Source: Octopus vulgaris
Lineage: Eukaryota
Reading direction: 5' to 3'
Assembly: GCA_951406725.2 (NCBI GenBank)
Contig: OX597830.1
Coordinates: 71,486,001-71,550,000, forward strand
DNA: 64,000 bases
The translations under genes were made by a program, and so were the position numbers. This document shows positions 43,685 to 60,595 of the stretch, piece after piece. The first letter of the stretch is position 1. Each line of letters begins with the position of its first letter. The notes below the pieces were generated by a model. It saw nothing but the letters and a program-made list of their open reading frames with translations. It was not told the origin of the DNA and made no database searches.

Positions 43685-45033
43685 TCTCCGTCCTTTTTCG
43701 CCTATCTAACACCTCTCTCATTTTTATACCCTCCCACTTTCACTACTACATGCTGCCTTTCCTCCGCCCCCTACAACCATCGTCGAGCTCTTTCTTAACC
43801 CACTTCTGCTTAGCATCCTCCCACTCCCCTCTATCACACTACATAATCTAGTGATGGTGGGGTTACAGGCGGAGGGGAAAGCAGACTACAGAGAGGGAGG
43901 GAGGTAGGGAGGTAACTGGTGTGGAACCAGGGCCCAGAAGAGAGTCTAATGATTTAAGTTTTGCAGGAAGAAGATTTACAGAGCCAGGGAGGTGGTTGAG
44001 GTGGCGTTGGTGGTGACGGTGGAGGCGGTGATGAAGTGGGTGTGGTGGTGGTAGTGGAAGTGGTGGTGATGTGGTTGTAGTGGTGGTCATGGTTAGTGTG
44101 GTGGGGGTTTTGTTGGTAAAGGCGGTTGTTGTGGTGTTGGTGTTGGTTGCGGTAGTGCTTGATGCAGTGTTGTTGTTGGTGGTGGTGGTGTAGTTGCGGT
44201 GTTAGTAGTGAGACTGGTGGTAACTTGGTGGTGGTGGCGATGCTGATAATGGAAGAGGATAAGGAAGGAAAGGTTCCAAAACAACAACAACAACAAAAAA
44301 AAAAAACAACAACAACAAAAAAAAGATTTTCGTTAGTGAGAAGTGAATACTAAGAAGCTTTGTATTGATTGGTCTAGATTAGTCACGTGACAACTAGCGC
44401 AGGGTGTTGCAAACAAATTAGTAAACCCGTACCGAAAACACCAATTTCCTCCCTGTACACACACACACGCACGCGCGCATACATACATACATACATACAT
44501 ACACACACGCAAACACATACACTCACACACACATACAGGCATATAAACACACACGCTTTCCAAACTCTATTGTGCACACACCTCTTAATGAAACAGAAAA
44601 GATTGATACACGCGCAAAACACATAATGTTTATATATATATATATATATATATATCGAGAGAGAAAGGAAGGAAGAGGAAACTAGAGAGTAAACAGTCTT
44701 ATCTTTTTACTATACAAAAATATAACAAAAACTCAACAACCATGTATCTGGGACAAAAGGGAGCAAATGTGTGCATATCTATCAATATATCTATCTATTT
44801 ATCTCTTTCTCTCTCTCTTACACACACACACACACACTCCCTCGTTCTCGCTCTCTTTATATATACATTCATATATATAGATTGATAGATATATATAGAG
44901 AGAGAGGGAGGGAGAGAGAGGTAGATAGAGAGGGAAGCCGGGAGAGAGAAATAGACGAGGCGGAAGAGGAAAAGGAGAAAGAAGAATATAGTGAGAGAAG
45001 AGAATGAAGGGCAAGGAAGAGTAGTAGTAATAT

Positions 45034-45064
<31 letters not shown>

Positions 45065-45108
45065 AGTGGTAGTAGTAGTGGTGGTAGTGGTAGGAGTAGT
45101 AGTAGTAA

Positions 45109-45140
<32 letters not shown>

Positions 45141-45298
45141 AAGAGAGAGCGAGAGACAGAGAGAGCAAGTGAAAGGCGTGTGACGAGGCGACAGTCAGTC
45201 GAAGAGCGCGAGAGAACGAATCACAGAGAGAGGGCACGAGAGCGGGAGAGGGAGAGAGAGAAAGAGGGAGAGCGTGTGAGAGAGAGAGATAGAGAGAG

Positions 45299-45343
<45 letters not shown>

Positions 45344-45808
45344 TAGGGGGGGAGATTGAGGGAGGGAGGAATGGAGAGAGAGATGAAAGGAAGGAGCGCG
45401 GAGGGAAGCAGGAAGAGAAAAACCAGTGATGGAGTAGAGAGAATGAGAGAGAAGGAGAGACTGAAAGGAAAAGCGAATGAAAAAAGTTCTGAAAGCCAAC
45501 TATACAAGTAGAGAGAAAATTGTGGTTATGTTTCATATATGTCGAAATAACAGTATGAAGAAGTGCAACAATATTAAGAGCGAATGCACACATTCTGCAT
45601 CATATGTTTTTTGACACACTTCTGCAACCGCCGCTGCCACCGTGCTGCTCCTGTTGTTGTTGTTGTTGTTGTTGCTGCTGGTGTTGCATGTTGCTTTTAT
45701 GTCTCCACAATCTAGGTAGGTCGGCCAAAACATTACAATACATTTTTATTATTATTATTATTACAATTATTATTATTATTATTATCATTATTATTATTAT
45801 TATTATTA

Positions 45809-45851
<43 letters not shown>

Positions 45852-46417
45852 TATTATTATCATTGATTGATTGATTGATTCTAGTTTCAGCTTATGAGCT
45901 GTGGCCATGCTGGGGCACCGCCATTATTATTATTATTATTATTATTATATTATTATTATTATTATTATTACTGATCTTCTTATTATTATTATTACTATTA
46001 TTATAACATGCCTTGCGCAGACTCTATATGTAAGCATATATCTATGTATATGTGTATGTGTGTGCGGATCTATTTATCTGTCTCTATGCATTCATATATA
46101 CATACGTACACACATACGTAAATACATACATACATACGTACATATTTATAAAGTGTGAAGTGTGTAAGTGTTAATAAGTATATATATATATGCACTTAGG
46201 TAGGTTTGTGTTCATTAATGTATATATGTATATATTGTGTTCATTAATGTACATATGCTGAGTAAGAAGACGTCACAAGTGTGTATAATATATATTCATG
46301 TGTGTGTGTGTGTGTTTGTGTGTTTGATTGAGTGTTTATTTAATCTGAAGAAGTTACAAAGTGATCCGTGGACCGAGGGTTTTATGCATTGTCACTTGTA
46401 TATATATACATATGTAG

Positions 46418-46465
<48 letters not shown>

Positions 46466-46923
46466 TGTGTGTGTGTATCACTTATCAATTCCGCATATCT
46501 AAAACATGTATATATGCATTTATTTATCCACATGTATTTTATATGTATACACTTATTTTATACATTGCTACATGTGTGTAGAATGTACCATAGTTTGCGT
46601 TTAGATAGGCTTGTATGTATGTGTTTATTATAAGTGAGCGTTTGTTTACGTATCTATTTGTGCCGATGTAAGCATTTTGTCATTTTGGCCGGAGTTAACT
46701 ACGAACTAGCAGAAAAGACATGCCATGCATGACCAAATCGGTGACGTGCAACTCTGTCTAAGCGAATTTTATCTTATAGGTCCTTTATATTTTTATTTTA
46801 TTAGATTAATCAAGAATTTGAATTATTTACTTAATATATTTAGCAGGCTGTGCCAACGAGAAAACCACGTAAAAAATTGTACATAGGCTCGCCTATGTTG
46901 AGTCTAAATGTGTATGAGCGTGT

Positions 46924-46965
<42 letters not shown>

Positions 46966-46977
46966 TATATATATTAA

Positions 46978-47173
46978 TCAGCCGAAAGTGCGAGGATGAT
47001 CTGGTTCTTGAGTGAAAATAGAAAGCTTCGAATGACCTGCCCTTGTTTTTTTTTCTTTTTTATCATCTATCCCGATGTTTTGTTGTCCCTTTTTGTATCA
47101 CTTAGTTGTCCGGATGTTTTGCGTTCTTGTCCCATTTTGTATATATATATATATAGCGGCGTACGCACACTTT

Positions 47174-47220
<47 letters not shown>

Positions 47221-47480
47221 GTATGTATGTATATATATATATATATACCTTCGAAACAGGGGCAGATGAAGAAGGGGAATGTTCCTTCTTGTACTCTGTT
47301 TTTTCGTTGTTAAAAAAAGTCCGTTTTCTTGTTTGGTTTTATGTTTTCGTTTCTCGTTGTGTTCTACGTTTATTTGTGGTGTCCTGTACTCATACATGCA
47401 TGCATATATACATATAGATGTAGGTATGTACATATATATATATGTATGTATGCATATGTTTTATTTATTATATTGTTATT
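46978..47480 (+). mobile_element. Unclassified dispersed repeat associated with (TA)n
   Basis: The segment ACCTTCGAAA...GAAGAAGGGGAAT...TGTACTCTGTTTTT recurs at 16022-16300, 22152-22420 and, inverted, 52460-52712; the upstream segment recurs inverted at 48075-48163 and 28420-28442. Confidence 0.6.
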
Positions 47481-47582
47481 ATATATATATATATATGAAT
47501 ATATAATATACGTATGTACATACATACTTTTATATATATATATATATATATGAATATATAATATACGTATGTACATACATAC

Positions 47583-47617
<35 letters not shown>

Positions 47618-47998
47618 TATATAATATACGTGTGTACATATATGTATGTACATACATACATTTATATATATATATATATATATATATGAATATATAATAT
47701 ACGTATGTACATATATGTATGTACATACATACATTTATATATATGTATATATGAATATATAATATACGTATGTATGTATATATGTATGTATTCATTGAAT
47801 GTTGTCTATGAATAACGGTCTACTCTATCTGACTCAGAAACATTTCTATTGATAGATTTATCGATAAGAATAACAACAGTAAAATGATAGTTTATATGCG
47901 CACACATACGGAAACACGCGCATACACACCACATATACACTGCCACAAACATATGTGCACACACTCATATGTATGTATATGTATATATATATGGATGT

Positions 47999-48073
<75 letters not shown>

Positions 48074-48719
48074 GAAAAATAGAAACTGGGACAAGAACGT
48101 AAAACATTTAGAAGACGATACAAAAATCACGGACGGGACATTCGAAGCTTTCAATCTTCAGTCCATATATGTATGTGTTATTTTGGGGTTTTATTGGCTT
48201 AATTGGCTTCAGCCAATCCTGGTTTACAACCTTGAAATGTCTCAGCTTATTCAGTCTTATCTACTTACCTCCAGTAAATGTATATTTACTCAGCTCCATT
48301 GATGAAACGTAAACAGTCACACACACACTTTGAGAAGGCGAACCTCGAATGAAATCAAGCTATAAATAATAGTGTGTGACTATTAAGCAAAAAATCATTT
48401 TGGATTGAAAAAGCCGAATGGTGTAAATATGAAGTCAACAATATACATACAGACATAAATACATACGTACATACATACATACATGTGCGTGCGTGTATAT
48501 GTATGTGTGTGTGTGTGGGGGGGTGTACTTATGTAATTTTTCGAAAGCGTCATAGATACGGTGTAATTCTTTATACATAGTAACGATGTCACAACTATGT
48601 TATAGGTCGAGTCTGTTTATATGTTATAATGATTGCATCGTATGAGGAGTGGACGTTAGTGATAGATCGAACCCTAATCCATGGGACTTGTGTCTTTTAG
48701 CACTTTGGTAAGTAGGAAG

Positions 48720-48769
<50 letters not shown>

Positions 48770-48881
48770 TTGTGTGTTTGTGTGTGAGTGTGTGTGTGTA
48801 TGTTGGTATGTATGTATATATACGTTGTTAAATCTAATGCATGAAATTCACTGGCCTTGTCATTTACATGATTCTACAGCA

Positions 48882-48922
<41 letters not shown>

Positions 48923-48948
48923 GGTGTGTGTATGTGTGTATATGTATG

Positions 48949-48982
<34 letters not shown>

Positions 48983-49090
48983 TGTATGTATGTATGTATG
49001 TATGTATATGTATGTATGTATGTATGTATGTATATATATGTATATATATGTATGTATATATATATATATGTATGTATATATATATATATG

Positions 49091-49131
<41 letters not shown>

Positions 49132-49196
49132 ATATATATATGTACGTATGTATATATATATATGTATGTACGTATGTATATATATATGTATGTTTG

Positions 49197-49230
<34 letters not shown>

Positions 49231-49265
49231 CATACATATATATATAATAAGAATAAGCAATAAGG

Positions 49266-49332
<67 letters not shown>

Positions 49333-49428
49333 CATATTTCGTTTTGGGATTTGGTTTGCAAGATTCTTTACGTGATTTCATGTGTTGAAGCATATTCTAT
49401 TGTGTCTGGGGAGGGTCATTTTCTTGTT

Positions 49429-49588
49429 GTGTCTTATAATTTAACACACGCACTGGTGAAATTTCCACTTATTTCTTATTTCTTATTTTTTATTGTTTTT
49501 ATTTTCATTTCTTATTTTTATTTTATTTTTATTTTTAGTAAGAAATAAGTGGAAATTTTACCTGTGAGTGTGTTAAATTATAAGGCAC
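49429..49588. repeat. 50-bp inverted repeat with a T-rich spacer
   Basis: Arms 49429-49478 and 49539-49588 (4 mismatches); the left arm is homologous to ~20490-20570 and its duplicate. Confidence 0.85.
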
Positions 49589-49609
49589 ATATATATGTGT
49601 CTGTATGTG

Positions 49610-49666
<57 letters not shown>

Positions 49667-49965
49667 ACGTGATATATACGTACACGTTATTAATGAGTGT
49701 CGGAGAAAGTGAACTAAATAGCATTGGCACAGTTTTATGATATCTTATATTTTCGTCGAGTCCGTCTCCTACTACTCTGACTTTCACTTGAGAAACTCAT
49801 TGTGGCAAGCAAATGCCTCGACCAATGTATATACACCAGTATATATATATATACTGTATATATATATATATAGTGTACTTCGTAACATCTCGCATTGTTC
49901 CGGCCTTACACAACAAGTCTCTTTCAAGTAATACCACACAATGTTTCACTAAATCTACTACTCCA

Positions 49966-50019
<54 letters not shown>

Positions 50020-51019
50020 ACATAAAAAATGCATATATAGTATATACATGTATTTGTTTATTCCGCTTAATCATAGCGATACTAATCGTGGTGTTAGATT
50101 TTAAATTACACCAGTGTGTGTGTCAGTGTGTGTATTTGTGTATACATAAATATATAAATGTTTGTGTGTACAAACACACACACCGCACACACAAATGCAC
50201 AGACATAGACACACAGACACACAAAGAAAATAAAGGCTTTCTGAGAGTGAATTCTCGTCTGCCAAATTCCATTAAGGAATTATTGGTAATCCGAAGTCAC
50301 TGAAGCATTTGCGAAACGAACCAGAAAAATGTGTGCTTGCCAGACGAAATTCTTAACCATGCACCCATAACTATATTTAAGACTATACTGCAGTTATCTT
50401 TCGCTCGTATATAATGTATGTGCATGTTTGTTTTTGTGCTTGTGTGTGTTGCTGTATTCTTTCGATGGGTACTTCGATGTAAAATGAATGAAATATACGA
50501 ATACAAATGTTTCATGTAGGCTAGAAAATAAGTTTTACAATTCTAAGAAATACACGAACGGAATATTTCAACAGGCACGTGTGATTCATTCTGGATTTGG
50601 TAATTAATCTGGAAATATAATACGGTAAAGTAGATAAAAGGAATTGGTTTCTTCTAGTAGTCGAAATTACAACTACTGTGTCTGACACGCTTGCTTAGAG
50701 ATAGATAAGTTGTATGCCTCATCTTCCAAGCTTCTTTCGTAGCTATATCATCTTGGGTTCAGTTCCAAAGCGAAGCACACAGGACCAAGGTCGACCAAGG
50801 GATTACGAGCGGATTTTGGTAGGGGAGTAACTGATGGGAGTCAGTCGCGCACGCGCGTGGGTGTTGGTTTGTGTATGCGTGTACGTGTGTCTGTCTGTCG
50901 TTCAACGCCGCGTGAAATCGGAGTTGGTTTATTTACGTCCACGTATCTTAGTGCTGAGATCGATTCATTTGAATTAACCCTTGAAGGCGGTACCCCAGGA
51001 TTGCTGAAATAAGAATACT

Positions 51020-51087
<68 letters not shown>

Positions 51088-51139
51088 CGTATATACATAT
51101 AAATATGTGTTTATGTGTGTGTGTGTGTGTGTGTCTTTT

Positions 51140-51311
51140 ATTTTTTTCAGTCATTTGACTGCGGCCATGCTGGAATACCGCCTTTAGTCGAGCAATTCGA
51201 CTCCAGGACTTATTCTTTGTAAGCCTAGTGCTTATCGGTAAATTTTGCCGAACCGCTAAGTTACGGTTGTCAAGCGATGTTGGCGGGACAAACACAGACA
51301 CAGACAGACAG

Positions 51312-51364
<53 letters not shown>

Positions 51365-51517
51365 CGAGGAGCTTCTTTCAGTTTCCGTCTATCAAATCCA
51401 CACACACGGCTTTGGTGGGCCCGTGGCTATTGTAGAAGACACTTGCCCATGGTACCACGCAGCGGAACTGAACTCGGAACCATGTGGTTAGTAAGCAAGC
51501 TACTTATCACACAAGCT
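51140..51517 (-). mobile_element. SINE family B, near full length with an internal deletion
   Basis: TTTCAGTCATTTGACTGCGGCCATGCTGGA ... GAAGACACTTGCCCATGGTACCACGCAG ... GCAAGCTACTTATCACACA. Confidence 0.85.
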
Positions 51518-51959
51518 ACATAACATAACTAAAGTTAAGCGCCCCATCACAAACTCTAGATTCCTTATAACTTCCAGAAATTAAATATATTTTAATGAAA
51601 GTTTTATGAGGTAGAATTTCGAGAGCAGGGCACACAATGTTGTTGCAAGGCAATAACATTTTCATTTAATTCTTTTGCGGAATTTTCAACCTCTAAGCAA
51701 ATTAATAGCTTGTAAAGATGGTTAGGGTGTTAAACTCACGATCATTATATGATTTCGTTTCCCGAACCGCCCGGTGCGTGGTGTTCTTCAATAAAACACT
51801 TAATTTCTTGCTACTGCATACTACTCAGCTGCTAAAAATTAGTAATACTGCGACGGACCGGCATCCCATCCAGGGTGGATTATATATATATATATATATT
51901 ATATATTATATATATATATTATATATATATATATATATTATATATTATATATATATATA

Positions 51960-52018
<59 letters not shown>

Positions 52019-52031
52019 ATATATTTTATAT

Positions 52032-52090
<59 letters not shown>

Positions 52091-52100
52091 ATATATATAT

Positions 52101-52184
<84 letters not shown>

Positions 52185-52709
52185 AATAATAATTATTATT
52201 ATTATTTGAGGGAATATAAATCCAAACTTACAGGGAAAAAATTCAATTTAGAAATACTAAATCAAATTTCACACAATATAATATATATATATAAAAAAAA
52301 AATTGAAAAAAAAACACCTTTTATCAATTCAAAATGAACAATTAAATTACACCATGTAGAAAATTACAAATAAAAGAAATATTAAAATTAAAATAACAAT
52401 AAAATATCAATGATTAAGTAAATTGCAAAAAAAAAAAAAACGTATATAATTGGTATACATAATATAAAAATATATGCATATATACATATATGTACATACT
52501 TACATATATATGCATATGTATATGCATATATGGACATCAAAAAAAAAATCGTTGCACACAATGAGAAACGAAAACATAAAAAAAAACTTAGAAACGAATT
52601 TTTTTCGGACGACGAAAAAAACAAACAGAGAAACGAGACATAGTACAACATAAAAAATATTCCCCTTCTTCTGTTGTCCCTATTTCATCTACTCCGCATT
52701 TCGAAGGTG

Positions 52710-52788
<79 letters not shown>

Positions 52789-53274
52789 TGTGCCAGAGAA
52801 GCCGGGAAGCAGGCCGCATGCTCCTTTCAAAGTAATGAGGACTAGCTAATATGGTGTAAACATTAGGCTAACAAACATCTTTGCATACAAAAAGGTCAAA
52901 GAATGCTATTGAGACTCGAAACCGCATCTCCTGTATACATGACAGGTATCCAACAATTTTCTCTTATAGAATATTTATTTATTTATTTCAAGTTTCGGCT
53001 CATCCCTGTGTCACGTGCCCATTCTGTTTCCTCATATTTCACTTTGAAATGAATATTTTTACATAACATATTTTTTGCAAAATGCATGTCTGAGAATCTA
53101 GATTACAGAGTGTTGATGTTTTACACAACAGTTTCAGGGGAAAATAGTTCTAAGAAGAGCTAAAGCTCCGGAAAAATTCTGTTAATGAAGGTCCAGGTGA
53201 ATGCGGGAATGGACGATGAGAAACGTTCCTGAATTCGGGTTCATTAATCTGTTGATAAGCAGCGTATATGTATG

Positions 53275-53308
<34 letters not shown>

Positions 53309-53513
53309 TGTATGTATGTATGTATGTATGTATGTATGTATGTATGTATGTATTATGTATGTATGTATGAATGAATGTATGTATCTGTGCATATTTGCAT
53401 GCATGTATATGTATACACACACACACACGTGTTGATTTATCCCTGTATTCTGTTTGTCCTACCCTTGATTTATCCATGCAGCGGTCCGTACAACTAGGTG
53501 TTTCACTTTGTTA

Positions 53514-53555
<42 letters not shown>

Positions 53556-53600
53556 TGGTGCTGCAGCATGGCCACAGCTCGTGAGCTGAAACTAGATGAA

Positions 53601-53656
<56 letters not shown>

Positions 53657-53699
53657 ATATATATATATGTATATTATGTATGTATACACACACATATGC

Positions 53700-53757
<58 letters not shown>

Positions 53758-54122
53758 TAGTATATGTATGTATGTATATCTATCTATCTGTCTCTATATA
53801 TATATATGCATATATATATATAATGCATTTATGAATAATGTGTATATAAGAAATCTAGGTATATAAACACACACATGCATGTATGTATACATATGTATTT
53901 GTGTACATACGTACACACCCATACCCACACAGCAGCACATACATAATATACACAAATCGCATTTGCAATCCGTCATTCATGCAAGCAGATGCAGGTGTAA
54001 AATATGAATGTCAAACAAATTTAACGAATATATTTTAAACTGATGTTAATACGTCGTATTATGTTGATATATAAATAGAAACCTATGAAATGAATGCATG
54101 TATGCACTAATGATTGTATGTG

Positions 54123-54161
<39 letters not shown>

Positions 54162-54405
54162 TAAAAAAAAATATCCTTTTATCAATTCAAAATGTACAAT
54201 TAAATTACACCATCTAGAAAATTATACATAATAGAAATATTAAAAATAATATAACAATAATATACCGTTGATTAAGTAAATTGCAAAATAATAAAAACGT
54301 ACTATACGTGTCTATATATATACACACACATACACACACATATATATATGTATACATATCTGTGTTTGTATATATATGCACATACACATATATATGCATA
54401 TATAC

Positions 54406-54458
<53 letters not shown>

Positions 54459-54986
54459 AGTGTACCTATATATATATATACATATATATATATATGTACC
54501 TATATATATATACATATATATATATGTTCATATATATATATATGTATATATACATATATATATATGTTCATATATATATGTATATATATATACATACTTA
54601 TATATATTTGTATGTATATATGCCTATTTATGATTGATGACTAATGGGATACCTGCACACTTACATTAATATTTAACATATTAATCTATTTACATATTTA
54701 CGCATGTGTATGTATGGAATCATAGGTACACGTGTGCGTATTAATGATTATAATTGTATAGTTGTTAGTGTAAAATTAGATGTACCTATATATATATGCC
54801 TACTAATATACCTCAATGTACACAGGTATATGTATTTCTTATTAGTACGCATGCATATGTGTGAGAGTGTGTTTAATAGAACAAACAAAAGAAATAGTAC
54901 AAAAATGCCTATCTGTATACACAATTAAAAGCGGTTAAAAAGTTACAAAAGACAGTACTGTTAAGTTAGTTTATATCTAACAATGA

Positions 54987-55100
<114 letters not shown>

Positions 55101-55671
55101 AATACATACGCATACATCTATGCATACATATACAAGGTACATGAAATTGTATAAGCATGTGCGTGATAAGTGTAGGCAAAGATTCAAATATCTAGGCTTA
55201 TTTGTATTAAAAATAAGATATAAAAGCGCATATATATACATATATACATATATATATATATACATGTTATATATGTAATATATATATAAATATTTATATA
55301 TATATATATGTATACATATTATATATATATATATATATAAATATATATATATAAATATAAATATATAGACGGTCAAACTTACTTTGAGCTATCGATATAT
55401 AGATACGCTGACTGTATTCATCTATATATAGAATCGATACCGGCACAGTTCAAGCGATGTAATCGATGAAACCTGCCCATCAATTTTGTTTTTCACTTCT
55501 GAAGAGATATAATGGAACAGATCGCAGCAAGAACTATTATTTACAGGTTTCTACAAGTGCCGTCCTAATGAATGTGTAATATACATTTTGTAAAACAAAA
55601 CACTTCTCATTTATTCTCTTGATTCTACATAAACACACTCATAGACACGCATATAGAAACACGTATGTGTG

Positions 55672-55715
<44 letters not shown>

Positions 55716-55869
55716 TATATACACATATATATATACATACGCCCACACACATGGATGAATATAGCTGTGTAAGCATATGTATATGATCGTACACACACAC
55801 ACACATATACATGTATACATTCATATACGTATATACATATGTATAGATGTACTTGTATACATATAAAAA

Positions 55870-55879
55870 CATATATTGC

Positions 55880-55915
<36 letters not shown>

Positions 55916-56090
55916 ATACATATGTATATACTTACATATATGCATGCATACAAGCATATATGTATATATACATACATATATATATATATATGTATAAATA
56001 CATATATAATATATGTACATACATATACATATATATATGTATACATATATACACATATATATATGTATACATATATATACATATATATAT

Positions 56091-56133
<43 letters not shown>

Positions 56134-56160
56134 CATACATGTATATATATATATATATAC

Positions 56161-56209
<49 letters not shown>

Positions 56210-56359
56210 GTATATATTTGTATATATCATTGTATATTGTTATGTATATAAATATTTCTATTATATGTAATTTTCTATATATTGTAATATCAATTGTTCA
56301 TTTTGAATTGATAAAAGGTATATATTTCTAATATTATATATATATGTATATATTCTCAT

Positions 56360-56438
<79 letters not shown>

Positions 56439-57120
56439 ATATACACATGTATATATATATATATACCTATATACACATGTATATATATATACCTATATAC
56501 ACATGTATATATATATACCTATATATACAAGTATATATATATATGTATACATATATGAATATATATAAATATACACACACACACATATACACATGTATAT
56601 ATACCTATATATATATGTATACATATATGAATATATATAAATATACACACACACACATATACACATGTATATATACCTATATATATATATGTATACATAT
56701 ATGAATATATATAAATATACACACACACACATACACACACATATATACAATATATATATATATGTATATATATAATATATATAAATATATATATATATGT
56801 ATATATATATAAATATATATATTTGTATTTATATATATATATATGTCTATATATACGCATGTGTATGTCTGGACAGAAAATAATTATACATATATCTACA
56901 CTTTTTTTGTATAGGTATACACAGTAAACTTTCTGTATAGACCTAAGTGGACAGACGCACAGACATGTACAGTTATATATGTGTGTATATACATATCGAA
57001 ATCAATCTATGTATGAGCTTGTGTGTGTGTATATCTATCTCTTTCTTTATCTTTCTATCTATCAATCTATCTACATAGATAGATAGATTGATAGATAAAT
57101 AGATATTCATACACACACAT

Positions 57121-57177
<57 letters not shown>

Positions 57178-57203
57178 ATATATGTGTGTGTTATAATATA
57201 TGG

Positions 57204-57259
<56 letters not shown>

Positions 57260-57325
57260 GTATAATTTATTTTATAGAAGGAGCTTCTACAGGACTAGAA
57301 CTGTTTCATTCAAATGAAATCATCA

Positions 57326-57416
<91 letters not shown>

Positions 57417-57523
57417 ATATATATATATATATATGTGTGTATATATATATATATATGTGTATATATATATATATCTATGTGTGTATATATATATATATGT
57501 ATGTGTGTATATATATGTATGTG

Positions 57524-57554
<31 letters not shown>

Positions 57555-57594
57555 ATATATATATGTGTATATATATATATATGTATATATATAT

Positions 57595-57630
<36 letters not shown>

Positions 57631-57768
57631 TTGATTTTGATTTTATGATATATTTTCCAGTTTCAGCTAATGAGCTGTGGCCATGCTGGGGCACCGGCAT
57701 TTGGTTTGCTACACGGGTTTACCTCACGGATGCTTTTTAGCATATGTGTATATATATATGTGTATATA

Positions 57769-57859
<91 letters not shown>

Positions 57860-57912
57860 ATATATATATATGTATATATATATATGTGTGTATATATATA
57901 TGTATATATATA

Positions 57913-57953
<41 letters not shown>

Positions 57954-58327
57954 ATATATATATATGTGTGTATATATATATATATATGTGTATATATATG
58001 TATGTGTATATATATGTGTGTATATATATATATATGTGTGTGTGTATATATATATGTGTGTGTGTATATATGTGTGTGTGTGTATATATATGTGTGTGTA
58101 TATATGTGTGTGTGTGTGTTTTTTGTGTGTGTATATATATATATGTGTATATATATATATGTGTGTATATATATATATATATATGTGTGTATATATATAT
58201 ATATATGTGTGTGTATATATATATATATATATATGTGTATATATATATATATGTGTGTGTTTATATATATGCATACGAAAATATACATGCATGATATTTT
58301 ATTTTTATAAAAGTATAGACACATGTT

Positions 58328-58362
<35 letters not shown>

Positions 58363-58830
58363 ATTAAAAATAGATGAATAAGTAGCTAAAACAAGGTAAG
58401 AAAGAAAGGAATAGAGAACAACCGTCAGCAACGCGCTCCCAGTCGTGTCGTAGAAAATTATATTGAATATTACGGTTATACACATTATCATCCTTTTCTT
58501 GGTTTCATTCATAAATCTGTGCTTTTATTTAAAGATATAAATATTCATTCTATTTTCTAGCTTATTTGATCCATAACGCTTGTACAAGATATGTGTTGTG
58601 AAGAGGAGGGAGAAGTCGGTTCTTCGTTTTTATGTACGAACATTTACCGCTAATTTTAAAAGTGCTCATTCGAGTTGAAAACTTATAGTTCTTCTCTAAT
58701 CAATGAGAGTATAAAACCTATGATAGTATATGTATGTGTTTCAATGAACTCGTGTGTATATATGCATATAAATAATTATATAAATGAATATATGTGTAAA
58801 CATATGTGTGCATGGATGTTTGTATATATA

Positions 58831-58866
<36 letters not shown>

Positions 58867-58956
58867 GAGGAATATATGAATGTATATATATACATAAATA
58901 TATATATATGAATATACAATAATGAATTATTTATTTGTACCACATATAGTGTCATC

Positions 58957-59007
<51 letters not shown>

Positions 59008-59046
59008 CAAGTTGATATTCTTGTATTGTATATAGATAATTTCATG

Positions 59047-59118
<72 letters not shown>

Positions 59119-59336
59119 TTAAAAACATAAACGTATACATATACACACATAAACCATTATATATCCATATAAATTGATACCGATATATATGTATATATGT
59201 ATATATATACACACATAAATGTATAGAAATAATTGTATATATGTACATGTTTTTCCATGCGCACTTTTACTTATATATGCATGTTTATATTTTATAAATA
59301 TATACACGAATATATACATATATGTATATATGTATG

Positions 59337-59404
<68 letters not shown>

Positions 59405-59725
59405 AGGAAAGAGAAAAATAGACAGATACACACACACATACATACTTACATGCATACATATATACATGCGTACATACATACATGCATACATACATACATA
59501 CATACATACATACATACATACATAGATGAGTTGTAATATTCAATTATTTTCCTTTTTCCTCACTATTCTATGTCACCATGCATGTTTGATCATTTTTCTG
59601 TTAGTAAAAATAAATTTCGATCATTCACATAGTTATATTTGGCTACATACACGTATACACAGATGTGTACATCTATGCATATGTGTATATCCACGTTTGC
59701 ATTTATGCATATAATACATACCTTC

Positions 59726-59787
<62 letters not shown>

Positions 59788-59912
59788 ATATATATTAATA
59801 AATAAAACATATATATATATATATATATATATTAATAAATAAACATATATATATATATATATATATATTAATAAATAAAACATATATATATATATATATA
59901 ATATATAATATA

Positions 59913-59946
<34 letters not shown>

Positions 59947-60056
59947 GGTAAATATATATATATATATATATAATATATAAATATATATATATATAATATA
60001 TTAATAAATAAAACATATATATATATAACTATATATATTATAAATATATTAATAAT

Positions 60057-60088
<32 letters not shown>

Positions 60089-60102
60089 ATATATTAATAA
60101 AT

Positions 60103-60144
<42 letters not shown>

Positions 60145-60150
60145 TAATAA

Positions 60151-60187
<37 letters not shown>

Positions 60188-60306
60188 TAATAAATAAAGT
60201 GTCTTCTACATATATATATATACATATATATATATATAGTATATTAATAAATAAAACTATATATATATATAATATATATATATATATAATATATAATAAA
60301 TAAAAC

Positions 60307-60348
<42 letters not shown>

Positions 60349-60543
60349 TAATAGATTAAACATATATATATATATATAGCATTAATAGATTAAACATATA
60401 TATATATATATAATATTAATAGATTAAACATATATATATATAATATATTAATAAATAAACATATATATATATAGTATATACATATATATATATATAATAT
60501 ATTAATAGATTAAACATATATATATATAAATATATTAATAAAT

Positions 60544-60590
<47 letters not shown>

Positions 60591-60595
60591 TAAAA
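55870..60595. repeat. Large degenerate (TA)n/(TG)n field with embedded minisatellites
   Basis: Directly visible; e.g. ATTAATAAATAAAAC(AT)n / ATTAATAGATTAAAC(AT)n units at ~59790-60590 and an ATATACCTATATA/ATGAATATATATAAAT unit at ~56430-56740. Confidence 0.85.
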
